DNA of 64,000 bases from Amphiscolops sp. MND2022 (taxonomy: Eukaryota). The stretch lies in assembly GCA_964187785.1 (NCBI GenBank), contig OZ076409.1:32550001-32614000 (forward strand), written 5' to 3'. A program made the translations under genes and the position numbers. The notes beneath the pieces are model-generated. The model was given only the letters and a program-made list of their open reading frames with translations. It ran no database searches and was not told where the DNA came from. Position 1 is the stretch's first letter. Every line of letters begins with the position of its first letter. Of the stretch, positions 14,301-26,645 are shown piece after piece.

Positions 14301-16300
14301 TGCTGCTTTTCACAAAACTCATTCACATGGTCATTCTGGTGAAAACCTCTCTTTTAAAACCTTTAACCAATTTTGATATATCCCTCACCTACCTTTATGG
14401 TTTTCTAGTTTCATTCACGATTGTACTGAAAGTCAAACAAACAAACACTTTCATATTAAACCTTATAATATCTCCCCTCCAATACCTTTTTATGAAAACG
14501 CAACTCACTTTAATTCTAGAATTTTTTTGAACACTATAGGACATATTTCTCTTTCGTTTCAAGGAAATTCTTACATAATTGACGCTTTCAGGCATTTTGT
14601 TTTCACTAACACTGCTTCTCAAAGTTCCTCTAAATATGCTAATGAAACATTACTCCATCATTGGATTACTAAATTTGGTCCATCGCAATATCTCGTCACC
14701 GATCGAGGTACTAAATATATTAAACAAGATATGACTCACCTTTGTTCTCTATTTAGTATTGATAATTCTCCACGAACTCCATACCCCCCTCGGACAAATG
14801 ACTTAGTCGATGTTCAAAATCGAAATCTTGGCATTCACCTCCGTCTTTTCTCACAAAATCCTCCAAATAATTGTTCCTTTCAAATTTAAATGTTTCCTTA
14901 TGCTCATAATACCACTCCTCTATCTCAACCTAAACTTTATGCACATCAAATTGTTTTTTCATACTCATCCTCGTATCCCCTTAACTTTTTCTCTCAACCT
15001 ACCACGTGACTCTTCTAAATCCTGTATCGCAACATATAGCAATTCCCTTCCTCCTCATACACATTATAGTGATCAAGATCTCAACCCATTTTTAGTCGGC
15101 GCATTTTATTAAAATGAGCCCGACTATTACAGTGGCAAGTTTTTTTCGGCAGACCACAGAATGTATGCGTAGTGGACACTTTTTTACAGAACTACTAAAG
15201 TACTGGACCGGCAAGCGGAATCGCATCTATGTTAGTGCAAAGGGTCCCCCTTTCGTGTACTCACTTTTTAACGTAAGATACAAAACCGGACGGGACAGCA
15301 GGTTCCCCCTTTGCATTTTTTCGGGACTGTGCGACATTTTTTCGAAATTTTTTTTGTCGCCAAAGGGTCCCCGCTTCAAATTTTTTGATATTTTGCAGCA
15401 CACCGAAGTTTCAAAAAGCCCAAAAAATCCCCTTTTTAGTTTTTCGGCACGGTGAGACTTCCAAAATTCTCATTATTTGTTTTTTTTTCGATTTTTTCCA
15501 AAAAAAAATTCGAAATTTCTTTTGTCGCCAAAGGGTCCCCCTTCATTTTTTTTTGATATTTTGCAGCAAACTGAAGTTTCAAAAAGCCCAAAGGGTCTCC
15601 CCTTTCAAGTTTTTCGGCACTGTGAGACTGTTTCAAAATTCCTATTTGTCGTTTTTTCGAAACTTTTTTCAATGTCTCCAAGGAGTAATGTCCCCCCTTC
15701 AATTTTTTTGATATTTTGCAACAGACTGGATTTTCAAAAAGCCGAAAGTGTCCCCCCTTTTACAAGTTTAAAAACCTCGCGCTTTTTTGAGCCTTAGATA
15801 TATCGCCGACATTAGACGTTCCTGTCTTGTTTCACTCACTCATAACCAAACCTATTTATCCATGGCTCCTCTCCGTTGAACATGCAATGCTAGAGAGTTA
15901 CTCTACTGTTCATCGCCATAATGCAAATAAACTAAACTCACAAAATTCTACATTTGAAACAACACATTTTAAACAACTCCTTTTTAAAACTTTTGTTATA
16001 CATATATATGTTTTCGAACCTGTTAAAATTTCACATAAACTCAAACCCCTTCGTTTGGGTTCATATAAAATTTACAGCACCACTCTGACGTCACCTATGA
16101 ATCTTTGGCTCGAGATGGTTCCACATATCACACTCAGAAAATTCAGATTTTATCCTATTATCCCGAAGAACCTAATAATTTTCAATATCTCCGTCATAAT
16201 CATTCAACACCTTCTCTTCTCAATAACCCTGATATTGAATCGTATCAAGATATTCATTCTAACTCTTCTCCCCCTGATGATGAAGTCCATTTAAACAATT
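11400..16300 (+). pseudogene. pol: Gypsy pol: protease, RT, RNase H, integrase (frameshifted; interrupted at 15094-15831)
   Basis: DSGAS at 11463-11477; DVGKIATPFRIRLKP; VYIDDILL at 12980-12991; LKRFIGSMNFY; IIHTPGTNRTVADMLSR; HSHGHSG..HDCTES zinc-finger remnant; IDAF..LVTDRGT..LVDVQNR core; KLKPLRLGSYKI (GPY/F-like). Confidence 0.92.
15094..15831 (+). mobile_element. Non-autonomous Helentron/HINE-like insertion in the Gypsy integrase
   Basis: Inserted in a T-run; removing it restores ..DQDLNPF|FHSLITKPI. 5' hairpin TAGTCGG...CCGACTA; 3' subterminal CGCCGAC (15804-15810) complementary to the 5' GTCGGCG; 3' mini-hairpin AGAC-GTTCCT-GTCT; internal ~170-bp subrepeats (GTCGCCAAAGGGTCCCC); no TSD. 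Confidence 0.7.
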
Positions 16301-16872
16301 TCAATCGCACACTTCTATTAAATCCATTGCTCTACCCAAAACCAAAACTCATCTTCCTCCTACGTATCAAAACGTCCCTCATTCTCCTCTTTATACGATC
16401 AATTCGGTGATTTCTCAAACTCTACTGACTTCGACGCTGAAATGCTCCATAATCCTATATATCATTCCACTTCTTTTCCAAAAACATTTCCTCGTGTTGC
16501 TGACTCGCCTGAGTGTATACTTAATCCTTCCCCCGATACTCAAACATCCCCACTCATGTTCTTCGAGATCCCCATTCTCCGTATAATTTACGCTCGCTTC
16601 CTTCTAAAGACTACAACACTTCGAAACCTATTATTAGTTTTCCACCTTGGAATTATGCTCCCTTCCGTTAATTGAATCACTTGTCAGACCTGTCAGCGTT
16701 TCCCGTCTACTCAATAACCTCTCATTGTCTTCTGTCTAGCCACCTAGTTAGGCTTGACGTTCGACACCTTTAATTGCATTAGCCATTTTTGTTCCTTCTG
16801 TTCATTTTGTTCGTTCTGAATTTTCTGTTCTAGAACTTTCTTTCATTTTGTTCTAAATTTTTTGACTGAACA

Positions 16873-18070
16873 ATGGATACACATAAGGCTACTAAGACTT
16901 CATCTTTTGCATCGACTCTCTCAAAGTCTTTTTTTTTCTCTTCATACCAAAATATAAACTTCCTCTTGGATTCCTTCCGTCACTCAATCTTCTAGTTCTA
17001 CCAACTCAAGCACTTTCACTTCTTCTCTTAACACTACCCCTACTCATACCCCACAAACTCAAACTCCTTCTCAAACTCCACAAACCACTCCTAGTGCTCT
17101 TCAGACTCAAAAATCTTTAACTCTACCTCTTTCTGATTCTGAATTCCCATCAGATCCATTCAATATCACTCCAACTCACTCTCCACCTCCTTCTTTTAGT
17201 TATATCCCTGATCCCAGTGATACTGACCATATACTCCTCCGCAATATTAACAAAGCTCTTATCACTAAAAAACCGCCTATTCTTACCTCCACCAAAAGCC
17301 GCCATAGGCACTCTCAATTTGATCCTTCTCTTCCTCGTCCTAAACCTTGCTCCCACTCTCAACCTGGACCGTCTCTTCCCCCTGCTAAACCTTTAAAAAT
17401 TCCAGTTATTAAACCTATTGAAACCCTCCTTGGAAAAATTCTTTGAGTGACGTTGATTCTATTACCTTTTCTCTTCTCTATCCTCGACTTCTTCCAATTC
17501 TGCTTCTAAACACACCATTTCTTCCCTAGATATTCTTTTGGATTCCACTTCTGAATCTATTCTCCGTAGACAACCTCCTCATAGATAAAATCTGCGCAAT
17601 AACTTTTTTCTCCTTCTCCCTCTCCTTCACTTGCAAGCACTAATTCTTCTTTACTAAGACACCACGCTCAATCTCGTTCTTCTGAATCTCTCTCCTCTAA
17701 TACCAATATTCCCACCTCTAGTGTTGACGTGGCGTCTTCCCAACGATCTTCACTTTCTTCTTTTGGTCATACTGGTCATCTCTTTTCTAGACCCACTTCT
17801 CAGAACCCCAGTGTTCTTTCTTCTGATTCTCATCTCCTCAATATTGACATCAACACTGATCGATAGACTACTTTCTGTACACCTAATCGTGTTGACTATC
17901 CTCTTGTCAATAATACTCTTGTCACTAGTCCTCGTCAAGATCCCCGATTTTTAAACCTTGTTACTCATAAACTAAACACCAAGACACATATTTCTGACGA
18001 ACATAGTCGAAAAGAATCTCACCGGTTGGACACTACAAACCTTGAAAACAAATTTGAAATCACTGCTTGA
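16873..18070 (+). pseudogene. Accessory ORF-X between integrase and env (Pro/Ser/Thr-rich, frameshifted)
   Basis: Starts ATG 16873 (MDTHKATKTSS), long P/S/T/Q low-complexity tract, ends ...DPRFLNLVTHKLNTK...LENKFEITA* (TGA 18068-18070). The continuity across frameshifts is inferred. Confidence 0.5.
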
Positions 18071-18266
18071 TTCCATAATTTAAGTCCTCATCCCATCCCT
18101 TCTCACACTACTGTCAGTTTTAAATCTACCCCTCACCCTTTTATTGCCTCGTAACCTTAATCTTTGTGTAAGTGATCATCCTCCGTTCCGTCTTCTTCAC
18201 TGATACATTACTTTATTAACCCCACTCACCTTCCTCAAATTTACTGGTCAGTTTTAGTTTCCTCTC

Positions 18267-20450
18267 ATGACTTCCTCTTTCAAACACTCAGTTCTGTTCC
18301 TTTTCCTCCTCCTCAAATCTTTTCTTCTCATCATTCTGTCATTTGACCTTTCTACTGATGTAGTAGAACCTAATGGCCCTCATATCTATGACCTTTTAGT
18401 ATCTCACCATGATTGTTCTAATCAACACAACTTCGGTCAGTTTAGTTTAACTCGAGTACATCCTTGTGCGCAAGCCCTTTCAGCATTTGAAAGCACTCGT
18501 GCTTTTGCTAACGTTGTTGTCCGCGCTGAAGCTTATCCCCTTAAAGCTTGGACTTGCGAAGCTTATGTTAAACTCGAAAAGTTTGTTTGTGCACAATCTG
18601 ATTACAAATATCGCCGCCATGATCGTACTGATTACCACCAAAACACTATGGAACGCCCTCGTACTTTAGACCCCACGGAATGGAAACAAGCTATCCGCCA
18701 TCTAAATGGTACTGATAAACCTCATTTTAATGCTTTTGATTGCAGCAACTCCTTTAACTTCTTTGATGATATTCAAAAACAACGCCTTCTTGAAACTAAA
18801 CAACCCCCTTTTAGAATAGCTAAACTTAACACATTTCACTTTAGTGCTTTTTGCTTTTGCATGGCTAACTGACTCTCAACTTGTTTTAAAATCCACCCTT
18901 CAAGAAAAAGCTGTTTGTTGGGATCGCTATGAATATATAATCGAAAAAGACATTTGGTCTTTTTTCTTTCGGGAAATTAAAATAAAATATGATGATAAAG
19001 AGAGTCTATCATGGTCATATTTCACCTTGCCTCCATGATGATGGTGTTTGCAAATCCACCATTCTAACCTCATTCACAATTGCTTGGTTACCCGACCATC
19101 TTTAATTAATTTTCTCTATCCACTCCTTTATTGGACGTATGTCTAAATTGAACGACCGTCATTGGCTTGAAATTGAACACTTCTTTACCATTAACAAAAC
19201 TCATAATTTAACTGAAAAACCTTACCATGACTCCAAATCTCAAACTCGCCTCTCTCGTTTTGAAATTTTCCCCGAAAGTAAAAAGTTTTGCAATAAACCC
19301 ACACCATTATATACTACCCAAAAATCTGACTTCTTTATTACATATAAAGAAGGATTCAACATGCATACTCGTAAATGCAATCCTCTTCAACTCCCTGAAG
19401 ATGAACAAAATACCAAAGTCTCTACCCAACTCATCTTAGGTAAAATCGTACATACAAAATAAACTCCTTCGTCCCGTCCTAAACTCCTCTATTAGTTTCG
19501 CCACTATTGATGATGAAGCTCACATAAACACTAAAATTAAATTTTATATTAGTCACGTCTACGTCTTTAAAACGATGTCCGTTGCTCAATTGAATACTCT
19601 TCACACTGTTTGTGAAGTTGAAAGAAGCCAACTTTTAACCATCCTCGCATTGTCTGTTAAAAACCCACAACTTGCTGGTTTTCTCCTTACCCAAAACCCT
19701 TAGTAATTTCTTATATGTTGAAAGTTCTACTGCTTGGCTCTATGATTGTCCTCACCACCACTCTCCTTCTATATAGCTGAACAATGTAAAACCCCCGTCT
19801 CTTATCTTGACACAGTTATGCATGTTGACCCAATTACACGTCAAACATTAAATTATGCAAATCAAATTCCATGTGAAAATAACCCACAAAATTTAATTGC
19901 TCTTGACCCTGATACTGATCAATACTATGTCTTAACTCCGCAACCTAATGAAAAAGACCCTCCTCTACTATTTGAACCAACTCAAATTCAAACTGCCTTT
20001 AGCCCGAACACCTTTACAGCTCAAGATGCAGGTATATTTTTCCGAGAAGAACTCAAACACTTTTGGAATCGAGTTTTGTTTACAAAACACTCCGACAATA
20101 CTCTACAACGTTTAGGTTAGGCTATTAGTTATGAGTTTATGAGTTAACAATTTTATGAATTTCTCCCAATTAGTCCTTGTAAATCACTCCGAATTGGTCC
20201 CCATGACGATTTGTTGAGCTTGACTTCTTTTCTTTCACCTGAATGGATCACCGATGCTTTCATTAAACTCTTTGGCTACCCATGCTATTTTTTAATTCAA
20301 TGTGAAACCTTTTTTGCCACTGCTCTTTTTCTTTAGTTTGCTTTCAACACACTCCTTAGTTTATATCGCTCCTTTACTGTTAGGTAAATTCTTAAAAAAC
20401 ACATCTCACTGTAACTAAAACAATTGATGACTCCTATGATAAAATCATCT
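18267..20450 (+). pseudogene. env: env-like glycoprotein resembling class III fusion proteins (chuvirus G / gB-like), frameshifted
   Basis: Hydrophobic leader; HHDCSNQHNFGQFSLTRVHPC; WTCEAY..EKFVC; VCEVERSQLLTILALSVKNPQLAGFLL...AWLYDCP...EQC..PVSYLDTVMHVDPITRQT...IPC; hydrophobic TM-like segment at ~20270-20380. Confidence 0.72.
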
Positions 20451-21298
20451 AATTCTAACTTCGCCTCTGATGATTCTGACACTCTGATGTTTCTTTCACA
20501 CCATAAAACTAAAAACAAAAATACGAAACCTCATAAATACAAATCTTACATCAAGTCTAAATTTTTTATTCTTTGAAAAAAGTTTCATGCACACATCAAC
20601 AGTTAAAAAATCATCGCCTAAATCATAATCCTCCCTTAATATTTCTTCACCATATCCTCCTGTTATCACTCCTTCAATAACTGACAAACTTCACCTCCTC
20701 CTCCTAATTATAATCTACATACTAATCCACCTAATAATGTTTCAACTCGACACTCCCAATCACCCTCTTTGTCTTCTTGTTATTTACATAATTCCATACT
20801 TCCTGAAGATACCAATATTAACAACTCCTCTAATAATTCCTCTGTCCACAATGTATGGCAATCAACTAAAATTTATCATCCTACTCCCCACCTAAGAATT
20901 TTAATGACATCCCATTAACCTCTGTTCTTTGTATATTCACTCCACCGGAAAGCCCCGCTTAATAATATTTATCATGCCGCTTCCTCCTTGATCAATTTAA
21001 TCCAAATTCCCTCCCATTTTTTTCCTAATCCCATTATTCATTCTCCTTTTCCTCTCATCGATCAATCGTTATTTCCGAATCTCTTTTCTTGTTTTAAAAA
21101 AAAATTTTTCACTCCTCCATCAAAAATCTTTCCACAAAAAAATTGTCTTGCTGTGTCTGTAATCTCTCCATCACATACTTTATACATTTGACACCATTCT
21201 CTCCACACAACGCACGTTTCTACTTTAAATTAAATCATTGCCTAATAGAGATCTCTATTTCGTATGTCCTCATTCATATTCTAATATCACTTCTCAAA

Positions 21299-22600
21299 AT
21301 GTCATCCTCATTTTGTGAAGAAGAGTTCCTCTTTTGTATTGCTTCACTATCTCCTCCTTTGCTTTTTAAGTATGGTACTCTTGACCACTTTCATTGTTCT
21401 GACCCTATCAATATCGAGGTCATCACAACTCCTGAACCCACCATTGAAATTAAACCTTCCTCTTCCAATACTTCAATTGTAAATATTCAATCCACCTCTT
21501 CTTATCTTAACACTCGTCACTCACCTACTCTTTCGCCTAATAATATCCAAATAACTATTGGAAATGCCACTTATATCGTTCCCACCAAGAAAAAAAATAT
21601 AACATACTCGAAGTCTTCATTGACTCTGGTATTCTTCCTCCTGTTTTAAATCCACAAAAAAATCCTTCTCGACCCAATACAATGACCGACAAAATTCTTT
21701 GCACTCACCACCATTTTGAAGCAAATCTCTTTTCTCTTTATTTGACTCCTACCACATACAAATCGCTTTCCACAAGTTCGAGTTTTCGATCACTATGTTG
21801 CATATGCTTCCAAAAATCTTGAACAACTCTCCTTCTGGCAAAATAAATATCTTCGTTTCTTCGAAGTCCAGTTTAACCTTCTCAAACGTACACAGCATGA
21901 TCTTAACACTAAAGCTAACGATATTACCACTGCTCCTTTCGCTACCAAACCCATAAACGTTTTCTTGAACAAAAACACCCCTAAAACTTCATTTTTCAAA
22001 ACCACAAGTTCACCTCTCCATTCTCTTACCATCCTCAGTATTTCCTAAACCACCTCTTTACTATTGGTACAATTCGTAACTACCATCCAATCAAACAATA
22101 TTACATCCTTTCTACTTATCATGACCCCACTCGTCCCCTTTTCGTTCCCCAGGAAGCACTCAACCTCCATGATGATTTCCTTTTACCTACACACATACCC
22201 ACTAATGTCCAAGTTTTTTTTTCCAAAAATGTCTAAATTAGTTGAAATTCCCCTTGATAATCGTTCCCGCTCTATTTACACATCGCTTGGTTCTAAACAT
22301 TACTCCATTGCCCAACTAAATTTTATTATCGCTAAACTCTCTTTCTTCTTTCTCAAAAAACAATACAAAGATTTGAAAAAATCCAGAAGTCTCTTCCAAA
22401 ACACATTCATCCCTGTACTGACTCCTCAATTGCTCCTCCTACTGCTATAGTACCACCGATTTCCTCATCCAATGTTCTTCAAACTGTCAACCCCAACGTT
22501 TGCTTCAACTACTTCTGCTGTCCCACTGATAAATTTGTAACTGATATCCTGAACCTCCTCCGTCCTCATATTGAACCTTCACCTAAAACTGTAACCTTCC
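21299..22600 (+). pseudogene. Unknown accessory ORF downstream of env (decayed)
   Basis: MSSSFCEEEFLFCIASLSPPLLFKYGTLDHFHCSDPINIEV... continuing in shifted frames (YVAYASKNLEQLSFWQNKYLRFFEVQFNLLKR); same compositional bias as the element. Confidence 0.4.
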
Positions 22601-23749
22601 CCTAACACCTTCCTTTATCCTTTTGTAATCTTCAATCATTTGTTTGACACCTACCGCACTCTTCAAAATCTCTCAACTCCGTAATAATGATTTTCAGTCC
22701 CTCACTCTTTCTACTATCCATGTCGATGATTTGCTCAAAAACTTGTTCTCGTTCAAACTCCTACATTTGCAGTCTGTCCTACATTCATTTTAAACTTCTC
22801 TGTCTTTCAATATTTTACATTTCATTTCTCACTCATCCACCTTTGGGTACATTTACGAAAAATTTTTTTAAAAGAACTTTTCGATAAAACTTTTTTTGTC
22901 TGCTCTCACAATTTTTCCATTTTTAAATATTTCCTTCTTTGAATTTTCATAGATTTTCTCTTATCCAACTTTCTTGTTTCATTCCCCGTTCTCTTCTTTC
23001 AAATATAAAGTTTATCATTTCTCTTATTGTCTAACTGATAAGCCTCAATTCGGGCTCAAATAAAATTACAATGTTCACTTTTCCCATTTGACACATTTTT
23101 GATCGTTTTCTTTGTTCCCCTCTTTATAATTGTCACTTCTTAACGAAAGCCTCCACTTACTCGCTTTTTACAATTGACGCAAAATCGTATATCATTGAAC
23201 CCTTACTATCAAAAATGTCAAAGTTTTTTTCACAAAAAAATTATCTTCCTACTTTTGAATGTTTCTGTTTCATTTCGACTGAAAATCGTCCTAGACACAC
23301 TTGCTTCTTAGATACTTCTTTCTCATCCAAGCTCATTTTTAACTGGGATGTATAAGTTTCCTATGATTAGTGAAAAACTCATCGAATTTTATCCAGATTA
23401 CTTTACAGTCGAAATCTGGAAGCCATTCTATAAAAACATTAAAAAATTGGCGTTTCAAATTTTACTTCAAAACTCTTCAATTCTGAATCACCTACGTTGT
23501 GATTTTTAAAAATCACTCTCCTCGGTTAATCACATCTAAAAACATTTTCTTTTGTTTCCTCAAAAAATTCAACCACAGCACTTTGAAAACGAACACATTT
23601 TAAACTTGACACACATACATATAAAAAAATCTCTTACAAATACTCATCACAAATTTGTTTCAGTCTCCATTTTTGCTGATTTCAACATAATTTCTTCATC
23701 TTCTTGAAACCCATCTTCCACAACAGCATACCTACATCTCAACAAACTG

Positions 23750-24169
23750 TTGGTTTCTCTGCATTTGCCCATTGCTCTAACACATTCGTCTACATTCACT
23801 CTTCCAACATCCGCTGCAATTGTTTCTACTACCACGACACCATCCGTCGTGCCCCCGCTGTCGCCCATCTCTTCACTGTTACCCTCTACTTCTATCTCTT
23901 CTGATGCCCTTCCTATTTTGCCACAAGATGCTGTCGCCACATCCTCCAATCTCCAACAATTCTCCGCTGTTCGACAGTTAATTCGAGATCTTCAAAGAAT
24001 AAAGCCTCGTCACTCGAAACGTCCTCCAGGCACTCCAACAAAGAGGATTGTACACACTGGCTTCTACAATCAAAATTTAACTCAGAATAATGATACATTG
24101 AAATTGTATGAAGTTTATTTGAACCAACTATTGACTGAACAAGCTGCTGAATTGGATAAAAGTTTTTAA
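23750..24169 (+). CDS. Unknown accessory ORF (S/T/P linker plus helical C-terminal domain)
   Basis: 139-aa open frame (non-ATG start in the ORF track) ending ..RQLIRDLQRIKPRHSKR..LYEVYLNQLLTEQAAELDKSF*; lies inside the LTR-bounded element. Confidence 0.35.
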   Translation: MVSLHLPIALTHSSTFTLPTSAAIVSTTTTPSVVPPLSPISSLLPSTSISSDALPILPQDAVATSSNLQQFSAVRQLIRDLQRIKPRHSKRPPGTPTKRIVHTGFYNQNLTQNNDTLKLYEVYLNQLLTEQAAELDKSF

Positions 24170-25752
24170 AATGTCACTCTTTTAGTTATTCATTTTACAA
24201 TCCCCCACTAAATTACGCAAATTTAAATCTCATCAGTAGAATCCCCCAAATGACATCCGTTAACCGCGCAACTACCCCCTAATGACGCTAATTGTTTTGA
24301 TTAATACCCTCAACAAAACTGTCTCATCTACCCCATAATTATTGTAATCCCCATTCATTTCCCCTCCCCTCCTTCATCCCCAGCACTCATCCCTATTCGA
24401 ACTGAACTTTTTACGCCCCCCACGTTGTGACTCTCTTTATGATCTTTCTCCTATCCTCACTTCCCTTCAAGAAGTTGATTAACCTCAATTATGCCAATTT
24501 TCTCTGCTTTATTTTGAAAACCTACTATTTTTCGTCATTTTAACTCAAGCATTGTACAAAAATTCTCCATTTTTGCCACCTCTCTTGTTATCATTTTCAA
24601 CCCTCATCCATACGTTGTTTTTTCTTACCTTCCCAAATACTCTAGTAAATTTTTATTTACATAATTGGTAAACAATGTTGTTTCTGTCGTTTTAAATTTC
24701 ATCTTTATACCCCTCTAATTTGGATACTACACTATGTCGGTAATACATTTCTCTCTTAGCATGATCAATGCAACCTTCGTCAACTATACATGTAGTGCTT
24801 TTACTAATTTGTTTCTACAATTAACTCCTTTTCACAACTTTTTTAAAAAAAATGCAAACTCCGATTTTTACCTCGTTCTCCAAAAAAGTTTAACATCACA
24901 CTTCAATAACGTCTGTTCCAGCTGTTTTTCACTTTTCTTTTCATTCTCCTAATTCACATATTAAAAGTCACTCACCTTTGCGTTTGCCTTTGACTCGAAT
25001 GATGTTTTTAATGTTTGATGGCAACTACTGACTGACTAAGTTCCCTTTCACTCTTTTACTCGCTTCATGTGATCAAATTATGAACACATATTGACTAATT
25101 CTTGACCTGTTGTTGCTTTTTTGACTTTGTTCAGGCCGTCTTCTTGCCGCAGAAGATTCTCAAAAGATTAATTTGGTTTTCACGCTAAAGACGCTCAAGA
25201 AAAACTCTTACGTTGACATGATATCTAAGAACTCTTCCTCTTTCAAGAAACTTCCTGTTTGTCAACAAGTCCGTCCTTTTTTGACTTTTGCTTTTTTAAC
25301 GCAGCTCATCATTTGTCTCACCACGCCTTCACTCGTCAATTAATGCCTACTCATTCAGCATTTTCAATACCCCACGGAAGATAAACGATGAAACACTGAA
25401 CAGAACCCCATGAAACTCAAATGACAAAATGCCAAAAGGACTTGTAAAAAACTTTGATTATTCCAATCCTTATACCTTTTCAAATTTCACTCCAACTCTA
25501 TATGAACATTGCAACCTAATTCCGTTCCTTATAACTGGACTCAAAATATAATTTGCATATTCGCCCGAAACTCACGTAAGGAAAGAAAAATACAACTTGA
25601 TACCCCACAACTTGTTGAAAAAAAAAACAAAACATATACTCCTATTCTTACAACTTCTCTCAATCCTGTAAAACCTAAAAACCAACTCTCTTAGAAACCA
25701 CCTCAACTGATTTAAATAAACCTCTAACCCACCTCATGATAACCTATTTTGA

Positions 25753-25990
25753 TGTGATAATGTTTTCAAAACCCGGTCAGTTGATATACTTGTAAATTAT
25801 ATTCGATCATTTACTTTTAATCTATATTCGATCATTCACCCTCCCCCCTCTTTGCTTGATATCTAGATTAGATTTTTGTACTCTGAATACTAATATAATC
25901 GAGCTATATCTAATTTGTATTCAATACTATACTCAATACTGTAAAGCATCAAACTGATTCATATCCTGACACAACGAAATTAACTCTTTT
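25753..25990 (+). repeat. 3' LTR (diverged, 3'-truncated)
   Basis: TGTGATA at 25753, a short insertion, then TGATATACTTGTAAATTATATTCGATC...CTGACACAACGAAATTA matching 5002-5196. Confidence 0.78.
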
Positions 25991-26474
25991 CGTTAACTGC
26001 TACAGCCAGAGAACTGCGAAATTGCGAGGACTTGCTGAGACGGTAAAATAGCTCCGGTAAATCTACCAACAAATCGAATAACTTGGATCTGAGCATCATC
26101 TCCGATGATAATTTCACAATAGTGATGGAAACCCAGTCCACACGAAATAAGAGGACAAACTGCAATTCCATCCGAAAGAAACCAACCTGAACCAGGTATA
26201 AATTTCGGACAAACACCATACAAACCGAACGTACCAGTAAGAAAGTCAAAGAGCTTACCATTTGGGAAGAATACCAAAATTAGGCTGTGTTCCATTCTAC
26301 ACAAATTACAATAGAAACAAAAAAGTATCTAATCGTGATTCATTGTAGGAAAACCGGCTTAAATCTAAAATGCAGTATCTGCAAAATTCATCAAGTTCGA
26401 CAAACGATTTTTAGCGCGTTCGAAGGCAGACAGTCAGGCCTTTCATTTTGATTTTTACACTACTCTGCTAGGGG

Positions 26475-26645
26475 CCCGCTGGCGTGCGGTTTCGCCACAC
26501 TGGCTGAGGACTTTGCGCCAAAACTTTGCAAGCGTGTCTCTGACTGCAATTCTTGACTTGCAATTCTCTGACTGCAAGAGTTGCATTTTTGGTCTTGTTT
26601 TCTTTATTTTGAAGACATCAAGTTAACAATTGGTAAAAATGCGTG
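26475..26645 (-). repeat. Dispersed repeat, inverted homologue of 4135-4380
   Basis: The reverse complement aligns to 4135-4210 and 4300-4380. Confidence 0.75.

Larger units (their letters stand above)
5000..25990 (+). mobile_element. Giant env-bearing Ty3/Gypsy LTR retroelement (decayed), ~21 kb including a tandem duplication and a nested insertion
   Basis: Diverged direct terminal repeats at ~5000-5200 and ~25753-25990. Internal order is gag, PR(DSGAS), RT(YIDD), RNase H, IN, ORF-X, env-like gene, extra ORFs. The + strand is uniformly G-poor and C/T-rich between the LTRs. Confidence 0.85.

Noticed and set aside
25982-26010. TSD for the giant Gypsy element
   Set aside because: The 3' LTR end is decayed or truncated; no 4-6 bp match to the 5' flank was found.
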